A DNA stretch of 64,000 nt from an uncultured virus (IMG/VR IMGVR_UViG_3300027732_000008) (Duplodnaviria > Heunggongvirae > Uroviricota > Caudoviricetes): the IMG/VR virus record IMGVR_UViG_3300027732_000008; one strand, given 5' to 3'. A program made the position numbers and the translations under genes. Numbering within the stretch: the first letter of the stretch is position 1; the number at the start of each line of letters is the position of its first letter. Below, one piece after another: positions 1 through 9,555 of this stretch. The notes under the pieces are model-generated. The model was given only the letters and a program-made list of their open reading frames with translations, searched no databases and was not told the DNA's origin.

Positions 1-8
1 TATGTTTG

Positions 9-73
9 TGGTGGACCTGGGGGGATTCGCACCCCCGTCCAGAACACTTTTCTCTTTGCTTCATACAGCAATA
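9..73 (-). ncRNA. ssrA: tmRNA 3' (acceptor) piece, probably circularly permuted/two-piece; remainder expected beyond left edge
   Basis: Minus strand reads ...GTTCTGGAC-GGGGG-TGCGAAT-CCCCC-CAGGTCC-A-CCA: T-arm, acceptor 3' strand with U at position 70, and CCA, the typical tmRNA 3' end. It starts only ~65 nt after a perfect promoter, with no pairing 5' strand upstream. Confidence 0.75.
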
Positions 74-79
74 ACTTGT

Positions 80-108
80 ATTATAGCACTAGTCTATAAT
101 TTTGTCAA
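80..108 (-). promoter_or_regulatory. sigma70-type promoter for tmRNA-like RNA
   Basis: TTGACA (108-103), 17 bp, TGcTATAAT (-10 at 85-80). Confidence 0.9.
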
Positions 109-118
109 GTCTTGAAGT

Positions 119-679
119 TTATGAACCGTCGCTGGTAAAACCAACTGGTGGATTACTACCACCTTTACGGTCCATGTCGCCAAAGTCATAATTGCCCGCA
201 CCCCAAATTAACACGGCACTCACTATATAAAACAAGTATGACAGAACACTACCGCCTGCGCTTTGCAACGCATTGCCAATGGTGTTACCAGTTATCAAAT
301 CTAAGATACCTACAAGTGGTAGAATATTAAATACTCCAGTTAACACTTTGCTTTTTAACGAAGTGCCTGTACCAAACAGTACTTTATCCAATGGATCGTT
401 CATGCCTGCTTCTTGCGTGCCAGCCTGTTTGGCCAGTGGTGCTAGATCTTGTTTTGTAATTCCAATCAGCGCCATCATTTTATCTTTGTCGCCACCTGAT
501 TGGTCATAGGCTTGTTTTAGTCCTTGTAGAGTTTCTGGGTCTAATTTTGACATCAAGGCTTTGGCAGCTTTTTGGATATATGGCTTTAGCATGTCCATAA
601 TGCCCTCGTCGAGTTGGGTGTTTGCCTGACTATTTTCATTGATTATATCAATGTATTTGCGAAAATGTTGTGTGCTCAT
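119..679 (-). CDS. hypothetical membrane protein, possibly virion-packaged
   Basis: 186-aa ORF with AGGAG SD and TAAATA motif (699-704); C-terminal hydrophobic segments; N-terminal INE/LDE motifs. Confidence 0.6.
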   Translation of the reverse strand: MSTQHFRKYIDIINENSQANTQLDEGIMDMLKPYIQKAAKALMSKLDPETLQGLKQAYDQSGGDKDKMMALIGITKQDLAPLAKQAGTQEAGMNDPLDKVLFGTGTSLKSKVLTGVFNILPLVGILDLITGNTIGNALQSAGGSVLSYLFYIVSAVLIWGAGNYDFGDMDRKGGSNPPVGFTSDGS

Positions 680-742
680 TGGCTACTCCTTAAAGTTGTA
701 TTTATTGATTGACCTATTAAATCATTTGCAATATATGCTTAT

Positions 743-898
743 TTAACTTATGTTGTTAGATTTACTTTTTATTTTGTCTGATGCGTATGTTGTAAACAAG
801 GGCGGAACAAGTCCATGTACTAAAAGTGCCAGTGCCATGCTCCAAGCGAACCATAAGTGTTCAAAGTAACTCATGTTGTTTTCTTCAAGATGCTTCAT
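743..898 (-). CDS. small hypothetical protein (DUF6356-like), not in ORF track
   Basis: Hand translation MKHLEENNMSYFEHLWFAWSMALALLVHGLVPPLFTTYASDKIKSKSNNIS*; HL..N.MSYFEH..FA / LVH...P.LF...AS pattern. Confidence 0.65.
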   Translation of the reverse strand: MKHLEENNMSYFEHLWFAWSMALALLVHGLVPPLFTTYASDKIKSKSNNIS

Positions 899-901
899 AT
901 A

Positions 902-2779
902 TTAAATTAATTTAAACAATCCAAAAATGCTACCATCTCGATTGCTGTAGGCCAAATAATTTACATTGATTTCAGCAGGATTGTAACTTGAACCATACCA
1001 GGTGTCCTCACGGTCCTGGTCTGATATTGGAATCCATTGACCACCACCAATATCATCTGGAAGCCAGCGATGTGTTTCCAGAGTTTCTGGATTGTACCAC
1101 CAAATGTCTTTGTCAGGATACAATGGCTGATCAGTGCCAGTATGTCTGGTCTGTTCAATTGAAAAATACATGGTGGTGCCCAATGGATTTTCTTGTCTAC
1201 GATTGATTCCTTCTGGCCCGTCTATGCCTGGCAAGTTAACAATTACCGGCTCGCCGTCGATAATTTCTTCATGCTCTGAATCGCTTGGCAACCAACCATT
1301 AGCATCTTCTAGCACTTCAGATGTTTCAAGTCTGCTCAGGCCTTTGTTAAATTTAACAATTTCTCCATTCAAAATCTTTGGTTTTAAATTGGTACCTACT
1401 TTGCATATAAAAAACTCTGGTGCTAGAACAGGCGGAATAGGTGATGGCTTTGCATCTGGGTCGCCTGGATCGTAAGAAGGAATGCTGAGAATATGATTGT
1501 ATGCACGATGCAATGTAATTTCTGGACAACGGGTAAGATATATGCCTTGACGACCTTTATCTCTACCTATATCTATAAGCTGTTCACTTTGTATGCCGGT
1601 CACTGCCCAACACTTACGATCTTCAATCCAAAGAAATTCAAAATTTGTTGTAGGAGGATTAATAACTGCGTCGGCCGTGGCATCACCGCCTTTGTAATCT
1701 GAGTCTCCGGTGATGACTGTTTCGTTGTAGCCAACAAATTTTCCGCAGTAGTCGTACAGTGGATCCTGTTGCACAAACAATGGATCCTGTGGACTCATTG
1801 CGGCCACTGCCATGGCATATAAATCTGGTCCCAGTACACCTGGCCAAACATTTGCACTTGCAATGCCATTGACAGTGGAAGGATAACTTGCAGTTTTTTT
1901 CATTCCACTGATCAGTGTCTGCGCTGTGCCAACTGCGTCTTTGAGACTGGAGTCGCCAGGCGGATATGATGCTACAATTTCTTCAGCACTGGCACCGGGC
2001 ATGGCTGAAACCTGTTGCCAAGCAAGAAGCCCTGCAGGTGTGCCGGAATCTGTTCGAATTTTTGTAAAGAGTTTTTGTTGTTCGGCCTTGCTGGCCAATA
2101 TCACTCCGGCACCACCTTTGCTGTATTTCTTGCCTGTTGTCAAATCTGCTTTGTGTCTAAAGTCTGGAAACAATTGTCTGTTGACACTGGCCTTTAGTCC
2201 AGCACTGACTTGAGTCAATCTCTTTTTTAATACATTCAACTGTTGGCCAGGAATGGCAGTGGCCGTTTTTAATTTTTTTTGTATGCTACCAAGAATACTT
2301 TTGGGATTGTAACTGCCAGTATTAAGGCCGCCTTTGGCATCAATGCATAACTTGGGTTTGGTCAGTTTGCCAATGTCATTTAGAATGGCGTTGGCATTGT
2401 TAAATTCTGCATCAATGATTGAATTTAAAATGTCAGGAATTTTTGGAGCCTTCAATGGAATTTTACATAAGCCATCCAACGCCAGCAAGTTTTGCACTTC
2501 AGCAACAGCTTGATTTACTCTGCCAAGTACATCTTTAATGCCGGACAGTTCTTCCAGTGCTTTGAGATCATTTTTCAAATCCAACAGTTCAGCTTTTAAA
2601 TCTGCAACAATTGGTTCGTCCAGCAACTGCTCAAGATCCAAGTTTACACACAGCAAGTTTCCCTTGAGCATGTTGTTGATGCCACCAAACAGAATGGCAC
2701 AAACAATGTCTTTGATCGGTTTGTTGAGTATGCCCATTGGGGTAACTGAAACACCGGGTATGATCGGGATATTTGCCAT
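902..2779 (-). CDS. hypothetical (likely virion/baseplate) protein
   Basis: 625-aa ORF co-oriented with PAAR and peptidase genes; coiled-coil N-terminus, aromatic/Pro-rich C-terminus. Confidence 0.55.
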   Translation of the reverse strand: MANIPIIPGVSVTPMGILNKPIKDIVCAILFGGINNMLKGNLLCVNLDLEQLLDEPIVADLKAELLDLKNDLKALEELSGIKDVLGRVNQAVAEVQNLLALDGLCKIPLKAPKIPDILNSIIDAEFNNANAILNDIGKLTKPKLCIDAKGGLNTGSYNPKSILGSIQKKLKTATAIPGQQLNVLKKRLTQVSAGLKASVNRQLFPDFRHKADLTTGKKYSKGGAGVILASKAEQQKLFTKIRTDSGTPAGLLAWQQVSAMPGASAEEIVASYPPGDSSLKDAVGTAQTLISGMKKTASYPSTVNGIASANVWPGVLGPDLYAMAVAAMSPQDPLFVQQDPLYDYCGKFVGYNETVITGDSDYKGGDATADAVINPPTTNFEFLWIEDRKCWAVTGIQSEQLIDIGRDKGRQGIYLTRCPEITLHRAYNHILSIPSYDPGDPDAKPSPIPPVLAPEFFICKVGTNLKPKILNGEIVKFNKGLSRLETSEVLEDANGWLPSDSEHEEIIDGEPVIVNLPGIDGPEGINRRQENPLGTTMYFSIEQTRHTGTDQPLYPDKDIWWYNPETLETHRWLPDDIGGGQWIPISDQDREDTWYGSSYNPAEINVNYLAYSNRDGSIFGLFKLI

Positions 2780-2789
2780 GGTACGATAC

Positions 2790-3464
2790 TTATGCTAAAT
2801 CTGGGGGGAGGCCAGCGCCGCTTCTGGCGTGCCAACTTGAAAAGTTTCTGCCATCTCGAGCAACTCCAATGGCACTGGCCGCATTGGAGCCACCACCCAA
2901 GGACACATGTGTCCAGTTACCTTCAAACAACAATTGACTAAATGGTAAGTTATTTTCTCTTATGAATTTAAAGATTTTTCTTGCTCCCTCTGGGCCACCA
3001 CCAAGTGAAAGATCTGCGGCTTTGCCAAATGTATGATCTCCTGAGCCACTGCCACCAAGGCTTTTGTCATGCACAATGGTGCGGTATGCAGAATTTATGT
3101 TCAACGCAGGAAATTGGGCTTTGAGTGGATCCAGCACTTGTTGACACAATCTTTGCCAATTACAGGCAATTTGTACAGCTGGTGCAGATCCTTGTCCATC
3201 AACAGGCTTGTATTTCATGTCAGAGAATCGATAACTTTTACTACATCCGGAATCCCATTGGGCATCTGTGTATGTCGAGCAATCTTTAAGATCATCTGGG
3301 TCAGCCTTTTTTGGTGGATCAGGGCGGCCTTTGTCGCCGCCGCCACCTGACTTGTTCATGTCCTCTGTTGCCGCGGCATTGCCAGCTGGTGTATTTGGAT
3401 AAAAAATTCTGCCAGATTCTGTAGTTTGCCTAGCCCCAGAATTTGTTGGCTTTACTGAACACAT
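2790..3464 (-). CDS. Peptidase M15A-family Zn peptidoglycan hydrolase
   Basis: INSAYR...DHTFGKAAD...QLLFE..WTHVS motifs (H-x6-D and terminal H zinc ligands). Confidence 0.8.
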   Translation of the reverse strand: MCSVKPTNSGARQTTESGRIFYPNTPAGNAAATEDMNKSGGGGDKGRPDPPKKADPDDLKDCSTYTDAQWDSGCSKSYRFSDMKYKPVDGQGSAPAVQIACNWQRLCQQVLDPLKAQFPALNINSAYRTIVHDKSLGGSGSGDHTFGKAADLSLGGGPEGARKIFKFIRENNLPFSQLLFEGNWTHVSLGGGSNAASAIGVARDGRNFSSWHARSGAGLPPDLA

Positions 3465-3514
3465 TGATTAAAACTCCCATGTCTAAGCCTATATTTATGG
3501 AAGTTTTACGAAAT

Positions 3515-4081
3515 TTAGCCAGGCTGGTAATTTGGGTCTACTTTTGTTGGCATTCCTTCAGCCCATTCAGGTGGATCATATTCAATTTGAGGTTCTCCTC
3601 CATCCGTTAGATTGGTTACTCTGACTTTAAACAGGGCAAAGTCATACTCAGCGAAAGAGTATAAATGAGTAGCATATCGCTTGGCGCCGGCTAGCGATTC
3701 ATCTGCTAAAAGCCCTTCGGCCAACAAGCTTCCGCGGGCCCGTGCTATAGCCCTTCCTCTGTAGCCGCCTATTACCATTGGTCCATTAGAATATCCATCA
3801 AAACTAAGGCCGTTAAAACTAACATAATATCCATACTCCATAAAAGTTTCTTTAAGAAAGTCTTTGACATTTTGTGGCAGGCTCGCGGCAACTTTGTTAA
3901 ATTCTTCGAAGAAATCCATCAAATATTGATGCGCTTCGACTCTGTTGAACGCAAGTCTAGGGTACGCTTGCATAAATTTATCTTGGGCCGCTCTACGGTT
4001 TTTACTGATTTCTAGGTAATAATCAGCCGTGCCGTTCTCGTATTCTGCCAGTAATTCTACACCAGTTGCTGGTTCACTCAT
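3515..4081 (-). CDS. hypothetical protein
   Basis: 188-aa ORF, ATGA overlap with the upstream PAAR gene. Confidence 0.55.
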   Translation of the reverse strand: MSEPATGVELLAEYENGTADYYLEISKNRRAAQDKFMQAYPRLAFNRVEAHQYLMDFFEEFNKVAASLPQNVKDFLKETFMEYGYYVSFNGLSFDGYSNGPMVIGGYRGRAIARARGSLLAEGLLADESLAGAKRYATHLYSFAEYDFALFKVRVTNLTDGGEPQIEYDPPEWAEGMPTKVDPNYQPG

Positions 4082-5037
4082 ACATCATCTCCTACAAACG
4101 GTAATAATTTTTCTTCAGGCAACTTACCATCTTTGGTTATTGCTTCTATAATTTTCTGTGTATACCATGCTTCTCCAATTGCCGGTAGCGCAGAACTGGT
4201 CATATAGTTGGTATCCAACACTTGATCTTCAACATTGTTACTTATAGATGCAGATGCATTGTTTAAATCTAAATTGTTGCTGAATGGCAATATTTCTTCT
4301 TTGATCTCGGGTACTAGATCTATAATTTTTTGCCTATACCATGCTCCAACAGCGGCCAAAGCAACATTGGATACTTCAGGTGTGGCAATGCCGCTTGCAA
4401 GACTTGCAAACATCCTTGCAGATGCTGTTGCAACCACTGGAGGCACGCCGCCTGCAAACGGCAAACTTGGGGGTGCTGCCGGTATGACACCAGAATTTAT
4501 CATAGTCTGTATTATTTTATCCTCGACAGCCGCTCTAGCACTTGCTGTTGCAGGCAAAGGTATGCTCTTTAAACCAACTGGTCGGTCAAATGGTAATCCT
4601 GCCGCTGGTGCCGCTATAAAGGCATTCTCCAATATGGTACTGATCACTGCCGCATTTACTGCCGCAATGGCCGCATTGGAAATATTAGGAGGTGTTATCA
4701 CTGGAGATGGCGGTGATGTATTGCCTGCACCGGCATTGTCCGATTGACTGGCGGTTGCGGTTGCGGCTTTACCAGTGGCATCACCATCGTTGACATATAC
4801 ATTTGGACTGCCTTGGGCTCTGGGAGTGCCGTCTGAATCCTCATCTCCTAGTCGATTTACTGGAATACCCCCAATAAACACAGTAGGGCTACCGTTTGCA
4901 GTAACAGTGGGTCCACCTTCTACCAAGCTTCCATCAATACTGACCAGGAGTTCGTTTGCAAAAACAGTTCCCTGAGGAATATCGGTAATTATACCGTCTT
5001 CATCATTGGGATCTCCTAGTCTATGTACTTGCGGCAT
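4078..5037 (-). CDS. PAAR-like spike-tip protein with long C-terminal extension
   Basis: MPQVHRLGD...TVFANELLVSIDG...GSPTVFIGGIPVNRLGD...GSPNVYVN, gp5.4/PAAR repeats; start reassigned to ATG at 5037. Confidence 0.75.
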   Translation of the reverse strand: MPQVHRLGDPNDEDGIITDIPQGTVFANELLVSIDGSLVEGGPTVTANGSPTVFIGGIPVNRLGDEDSDGTPRAQGSPNVYVNDGDATGKAATATASQSDNAGAGNTSPPSPVITPPNISNAAIAAVNAAVISTILENAFIAAPAAGLPFDRPVGLKSIPLPATASARAAVEDKIIQTMINSGVIPAAPPSLPFAGGVPPVVATASARMFASLASGIATPEVSNVALAAVGAWYRQKIIDLVPEIKEEILPFSNNLDLNNASASISNNVEDQVLDTNYMTSSALPAIGEAWYTQKIIEAITKDGKLPEEKLLPFVGDDV

Positions 5038-5038
5038 T

Positions 5039-5359
5039 TTAGTTGAAGACCATGCCTTTAGGAGCAACTTGAATTCCGCTCAGAGCAGAAGTATACTGAT
5101 CGGCCAATTGCGTGTCAGTTGATGCCACAGTGACCACAAGGTTCTTGTTAATTTTTAAATTTCTAGTCCTATCTGGACTGACAGTCATAAGATAAGGAGT
5201 CAGTGCTGGCCCACCTTTGGGGCCAACAGTCAATGTAACTGGACGATCAATAGTGTAGTTGGCATTGTCTTCTTCAACATACATGCCAATGAGTTCTTCG
5301 CCCGAACTCATTTTTAAACTTACTACATCGCCATTTTTCTTAATATCAAGTAACATCAT
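5039..5359 (-). CDS. Sm-like small protein conserved in T4-like phages
   Basis: GDVVSLKMSSGEELIG...IDRPVTL...PYL pattern. Confidence 0.6.
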   Translation of the reverse strand: MMLLDIKKNGDVVSLKMSSGEELIGMYVEEDNANYTIDRPVTLTVGPKGGPALTPYLMTVSPDRTRNLKINKNLVVTVASTDTQLADQYTSALSGIQVAPKGMVFN

Positions 5360-5630
5360 TATCCTTTATAAATTTTGCAATTTCAACACTACCGCCAATG
5401 TATTGGCCTTTATACCAAAATTGTGGAACACTATTTGGATTCTTTCCTAATCTATGTTCCCATACCTCAAAGGCCTGTTTCATATTATGATCGTCTAAAT
5501 GGATAATATCAAATTCGTAGCCGGCGTCAATGAGTTTGGTTATAGAGCTTTTGCAAGCCGCACAACCTTCCATTGTATATAGTTCAGAAAACTCAGAGCT
5601 TGAAGCCAGCGAAGGTACTTTTGCTAACAT
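5346..5630 (-). CDS. glutaredoxin (NrdC/NrdH-like)
   Basis: LYTMEGCAAC and SVPQFW..GQYIGG motifs; probable ATG at 5630 with GGAGGA SD, overlapping the nrdB end. Confidence 0.85.
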   Translation of the reverse strand: MLAKVPSLASSSEFSELYTMEGCAACKSSITKLIDAGYEFDIIHLDDHNMKQAFEVWEHRLGKNPNSVPQFWYKGQYIGGSVEIAKFIKDNDVT

Positions 5631-6693
5631 CTTGCTTAATTCCTCCAATGACATAACTTTCAATTTCGGTTTCTTGTGGGGCCACTTGAAGTCCCTTGCT
5701 ACTTGTCCAATGCTCTGTCCAAGGTAACGGATTATCGTTAGCACTTCGGTCATATCGTTGTTCAACTCCTAGCCCTTTAAGGCGGCGATTACCAATGTAT
5801 TCGACATACTGGTGTAATAGGCGTTCATTTAAACCAACAATAGCACCTCGGCTAAACAAATGGTCTGCCCAATCTTTTTCTTCAGCAACGACTTGGTCAT
5901 AGATTTCACCAATGGCTGAATAATTCTCTTGTGCAATTTCTTGCATTTCAGGGTCATCTCCTCTTTGCCAATTCTTAATGATATGGCTAGTGATGCTTAA
6001 ATGTTGACTTTCGTCTCGGGCAATCAAACTAATAATTTTAGCAGAGCCTTCCATTTTTTTCAGTTCGCCAAAAGCAAAGCTACATGCAAAGCTGACAAAA
6101 AACCTAAGTGCTTCAAGTGCGTTTACATTTACCATGGCCAAGAACAGCTTCTTCTTGACATCTCGCATTGTACCTTTGCCTGCTACTGTAAATTGCTGTG
6201 CCGCGGCAATGAACTCATCGTATGATTTGGTCACTGATTTAGCCCTGGCAATAATCTTCTCATCATCCAGCATGGTATCAAATACTTCGCTTGGATCACT
6301 GTAAACATTTTTAATAATATGTGTGTATGACCTGCTGTGAATGTTTTCAAAGAATTGCCATGCGTTCATACATCCTTCAAGTTCGGGCAACGAACAATAT
6401 GGCATGAATGCCATTGCTGGCGCACGACCTTGTACGCTGTCAAGCAGTATTTGATACTTTAGATTGGCAGTGAAAATAAACTTCTGTTCATCACGGAAGT
6501 CCATGTAGTCACTACGATCTTTTTGCAAACTCACTTCTTCGGGTCTCCAGAAATATCCAAGCTGTGTTTGTGTAAGTTTATCAAACACCGGATACTTGAA
6601 CACATCAAACCGTTGGGCATTTAGAGCCTCACCAAAAAACATTGTTTGTTTGGTAAAGTCTACCTTATTCTGATTAAAAACTGTTGCTGACAT
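5593..6693 (-). CDS. nrdB: ribonucleotide reductase class Ia beta subunit
   Basis: FWRPEEVSL, DSVQGR, ENIHSRSYTHI, RDESQH, VAPQETEIESY. Confidence 0.97.
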   Translation of the reverse strand: MSATVFNQNKVDFTKQTMFFGEALNAQRFDVFKYPVFDKLTQTQLGYFWRPEEVSLQKDRSDYMDFRDEQKFIFTANLKYQILLDSVQGRAPAMAFMPYCSLPELEGCMNAWQFFENIHSRSYTHIIKNVYSDPSEVFDTMLDDEKIIARAKSVTKSYDEFIAAAQQFTVAGKGTMRDVKKKLFLAMVNVNALEALRFFVSFACSFAFGELKKMEGSAKIISLIARDESQHLSITSHIIKNWQRGDDPEMQEIAQENYSAIGEIYDQVVAEEKDWADHLFSRGAIVGLNERLLHQYVEYIGNRRLKGLGVEQRYDRSANDNPLPWTEHWTSSKGLQVAPQETEIESYVIGGIKQDVSKSTFAGFKL

Positions 6694-6701
6694 CTGTATC
6701 C

Positions 6702-9014
6702 TTAAATTGTGCAAGCTTCGCAAGCTTCGTCACTATCGGGTATCAATAGTGTTGGTTGTAAATTATGATGGATATCTGACACAGATTGTATGTTGTCTTC
6801 ATCTTCACCTTTCATGTCGTATGTATTTTGATAGTAACTGGTCTTCCAACCCATTTTATAAGTGGTCAACAAGTCGTTAAACATCACACTCATTGGCACT
6901 TCGTTGTCTGGATAGTGTTTTGGATTGTATGACCAATTTCCACTGATGGCCTGATCAAAGTATTTTTGCATTGCGGCCACAATGCGAACATAACCTTCTT
7001 GCACACCTTCTTCATACAGATATGAGTAATCATTTTTCAATGAATTATATTGAGGAACAATTTGTTTCAACGGACCTTTCTTGCTCTTCTTTGTACTCAT
7101 TGCGGCTCGCGGTGGCTCAATACCATTTGTTTCATTGCTGGACACACTACTTGATTCACTGGGCATTTGTGCGCTCAGTGTGCTGTGACGCATGCCATGC
7201 TCTGCAACTTCTCTGCGTAGGGCTTCCCAATCGTAATGTAATTCAGTGCCAAGGAACTCGTCAACTTCACGCTTGTATGTGTCAACTGGTAAAATGCCTT
7301 GGCTGTATTTTGTACGACCAAAGAATTCACATGGACCTTTTTCCTTGGCCAACTGCACACTGGCCTTGATCAAATAATACTGGAATGCTTCTGTTAAACG
7401 ATTGACTGACCTGGCGGCTTCTGGGTCGCTGTACTTTAAACCTTTCTTGGCCAGGTAATGTGCCATACCAATGTAACCAATTCCAAGACTGCGACGAGCC
7501 TTGGTACTGCGCTCTGCGGCCGCAACTGGGTAACGCTGATAGTCAATGATCTGATCCAGGGCACGAACCGCCAGTTCTGTTAGATTTTTAAGATCATCTA
7601 ACTCTTTTAGATTGCCAACATTGATTGCACTAAGAATACAAAGGGCAATTTCTCCTTCAACATCATCCATGGATTGAATTGGATCTGTTGGCAATGTAAT
7701 TTCTTGACACAGGTTGCTCATGCGAATCATATCTTGAAAGCTACTGTGACTGTTACAGTGGTCAATGTTCATGATATAGATGCGGCCGGTTTCGGCTCTT
7801 TCTTTCAGCATCTGTCCAAACAATGCCATAGCCTTCACAGTCTTCTTTGGAATCTTAGAATTGTTTTCGTATTTTACATACAGCGCATCAAATACATCGT
7901 TGTTGCCAAATGCTTCGTACAGGCCAGGAACATCATGTGGTGAGAACAATGTGATGTCACCATCAACAATTAGTCGCTCATAGAAAAGTTTGCTTAACTG
8001 GATTGAATAATCCAACTTGCGAACACGATTATCTTCTGTTCCTTTGTTGTTCTTCAACACCAGTATGTCTTCAATTTCTTTGTGCCAAATTGGGAAATGC
8101 ACAGTGGCACTTCCGCCACGCACACCATTTTGTGTACAGCTACGCACCACTGACTCAAACACTTTTAAGAAGGGGACAACACCAGTGTGTGCCACTTCGC
8201 CGCCTCGAATCTTTGAATTGATGGCACGAATGCGACCAAGATTTAGACCAATGCCAGCTCGTTGTGCAATGTAATAACCAACGGCGGTAGAACTATTAAA
8301 GATACTAGGTAATGTGTCATCAACATCGACCAACACGCAACTGGCAAATTGTCGAATAGGGGTACGCACTCCGCTCATTACAGGAGTAGGAATATTAATT
8401 TTGAATGTAGAAATTGCATCATAGTAACGACGAATGTAACTCAGACGCTTGTCAGCTGGATAGGTAGCAAACAATGTTGCCGCAATCATCATGTACATGT
8501 ACTGTGGTGTTTCAAACACACGACCATTTGAACGATCTTGAACCAGATACTTGTCCACAACTTGGCGCATGCCAGCGTAGGTAAATTCTAAATCGCGTTC
8601 GTGATTGATATAGACATCTAGCTGACGCCATTCTGCTTCGGTATATTGAGTCAACAATTCGGCATCATATACACCACGCTCAACATTCTTGTTAACTAGA
8701 TCATACAATGGAATATAATCAAATTTCCCAAAGACATCTTTGCGTAAACCGTATAGCAATAAACGGGCCGCGGCATACTGATATTTTGGCTTGTCTAGAC
8801 TAATTAAATCGCTGGCACTACGCACAAGGATTTCTTGGATGTCAGCAGTGGTAATGCCATCATTGAACTGCAAATCTGCATTCATTTCAACTTGACTTAC
8901 GCTGACTCCTGCTAACCCTTCACAAGCCTCTTCTACCATTAAATGGATTTTGTTTATGTCCAACGGCTCTCGGTGCCCGTCTCTCTTTACAACATTTATT
9001 ATACTTTTGCTCAT
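6702..9014 (-). CDS. nrdA: ribonucleotide reductase class Ia alpha subunit with ATP cone
   Basis: VVKRDG ATP cone, PTPVM, QFASCVL, SNLCQEI, C-terminal CEAC; start 9014 or 9035. Confidence 0.97.
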   Translation of the reverse strand: MSKSIINVVKRDGHREPLDINKIHLMVEEACEGLAGVSVSQVEMNADLQFNDGITTADIQEILVRSASDLISLDKPKYQYAAARLLLYGLRKDVFGKFDYIPLYDLVNKNVERGVYDAELLTQYTEAEWRQLDVYINHERDLEFTYAGMRQVVDKYLVQDRSNGRVFETPQYMYMMIAATLFATYPADKRLSYIRRYYDAISTFKINIPTPVMSGVRTPIRQFASCVLVDVDDTLPSIFNSSTAVGYYIAQRAGIGLNLGRIRAINSKIRGGEVAHTGVVPFLKVFESVVRSCTQNGVRGGSATVHFPIWHKEIEDILVLKNNKGTEDNRVRKLDYSIQLSKLFYERLIVDGDITLFSPHDVPGLYEAFGNNDVFDALYVKYENNSKIPKKTVKAMALFGQMLKERAETGRIYIMNIDHCNSHSSFQDMIRMSNLCQEITLPTDPIQSMDDVEGEIALCILSAINVGNLKELDDLKNLTELAVRALDQIIDYQRYPVAAAERSTKARRSLGIGYIGMAHYLAKKGLKYSDPEAARSVNRLTEAFQYYLIKASVQLAKEKGPCEFFGRTKYSQGILPVDTYKREVDEFLGTELHYDWEALRREVAEHGMRHSTLSAQMPSESSSVSSNETNGIEPPRAAMSTKKSKKGPLKQIVPQYNSLKNDYSYLYEEGVQEGYVRIVAAMQKYFDQAISGNWSYNPKHYPDNEVPMSVMFNDLLTTYKMGWKTSYYQNTYDMKGEDEDNIQSVSDIHHNLQPTLLIPDSDEACEACTI

Positions 9015-9100
9015 ATCTCTTATTTGATTATCCATTGTTTGTAGTGCTCCATAGTCATAAAACGGTCAAATACTTAACCAGGACCACTGACGTAATATCT

Positions 9101-9547
9101 TTACACTTTAACCAGCCTAGCCAGGTCGCTAGACGTCCATGTTTTTAAAATTTGGAAGTCTGCATTTTTCATGTCAACTGTTTCTCCGTCATAATAATTT
9201 AACAAAGTTTTGTTTGGTAGTAACACCATAAGCCGGGGTTTGTCTTCCAAAATAACTAACATTAACTCGCAATCTATGCTGGTCAACACTAGGCTATAAA
9301 AAATTCCTAGGCCTTGTGCATTGGGACAAAAGCTTCCATTGCCCACCAATGACCAAGGATCAGGCCAAGTTTCTTCTCTCCAAGGATCAAAGGTTTTGCT
9401 TACTAAAGGAACAAATTTCCACCAGGTAGCGGCTTCGTTGTAAGCAGATTCAGTATCCATTGCAGATAACTGTTGTCTCCACTCGCGCCAGGCTGATAAC
9501 TTTCCTTGCTTGTCAAGGAACCAATGTTCTAGGGTTCTATGTTCCAC
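9101..9547 (-). CDS. hypothetical protein
   Basis: 148-aa Trp-rich ORF, GTG start 5 nt after TAAGTA motif. Confidence 0.6.
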   Translation of the reverse strand: MEHRTLEHWFLDKQGKLSAWREWRQQLSAMDTESAYNEAATWWKFVPLVSKTFDPWREETWPDPWSLVGNGSFCPNAQGLGIFYSLVLTSIDCELMLVILEDKPRLMVLLPNKTLLNYYDGETVDMKNADFQILKTWTSSDLARLVKV

Positions 9548-9555
9548 GGTACTAC

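Noticed and set aside
9..85. tRNA-Ala gene
   Set aside because: No 5' acceptor strand, D-arm or anticodon arm at the expected distance; tmRNA piece fits better.
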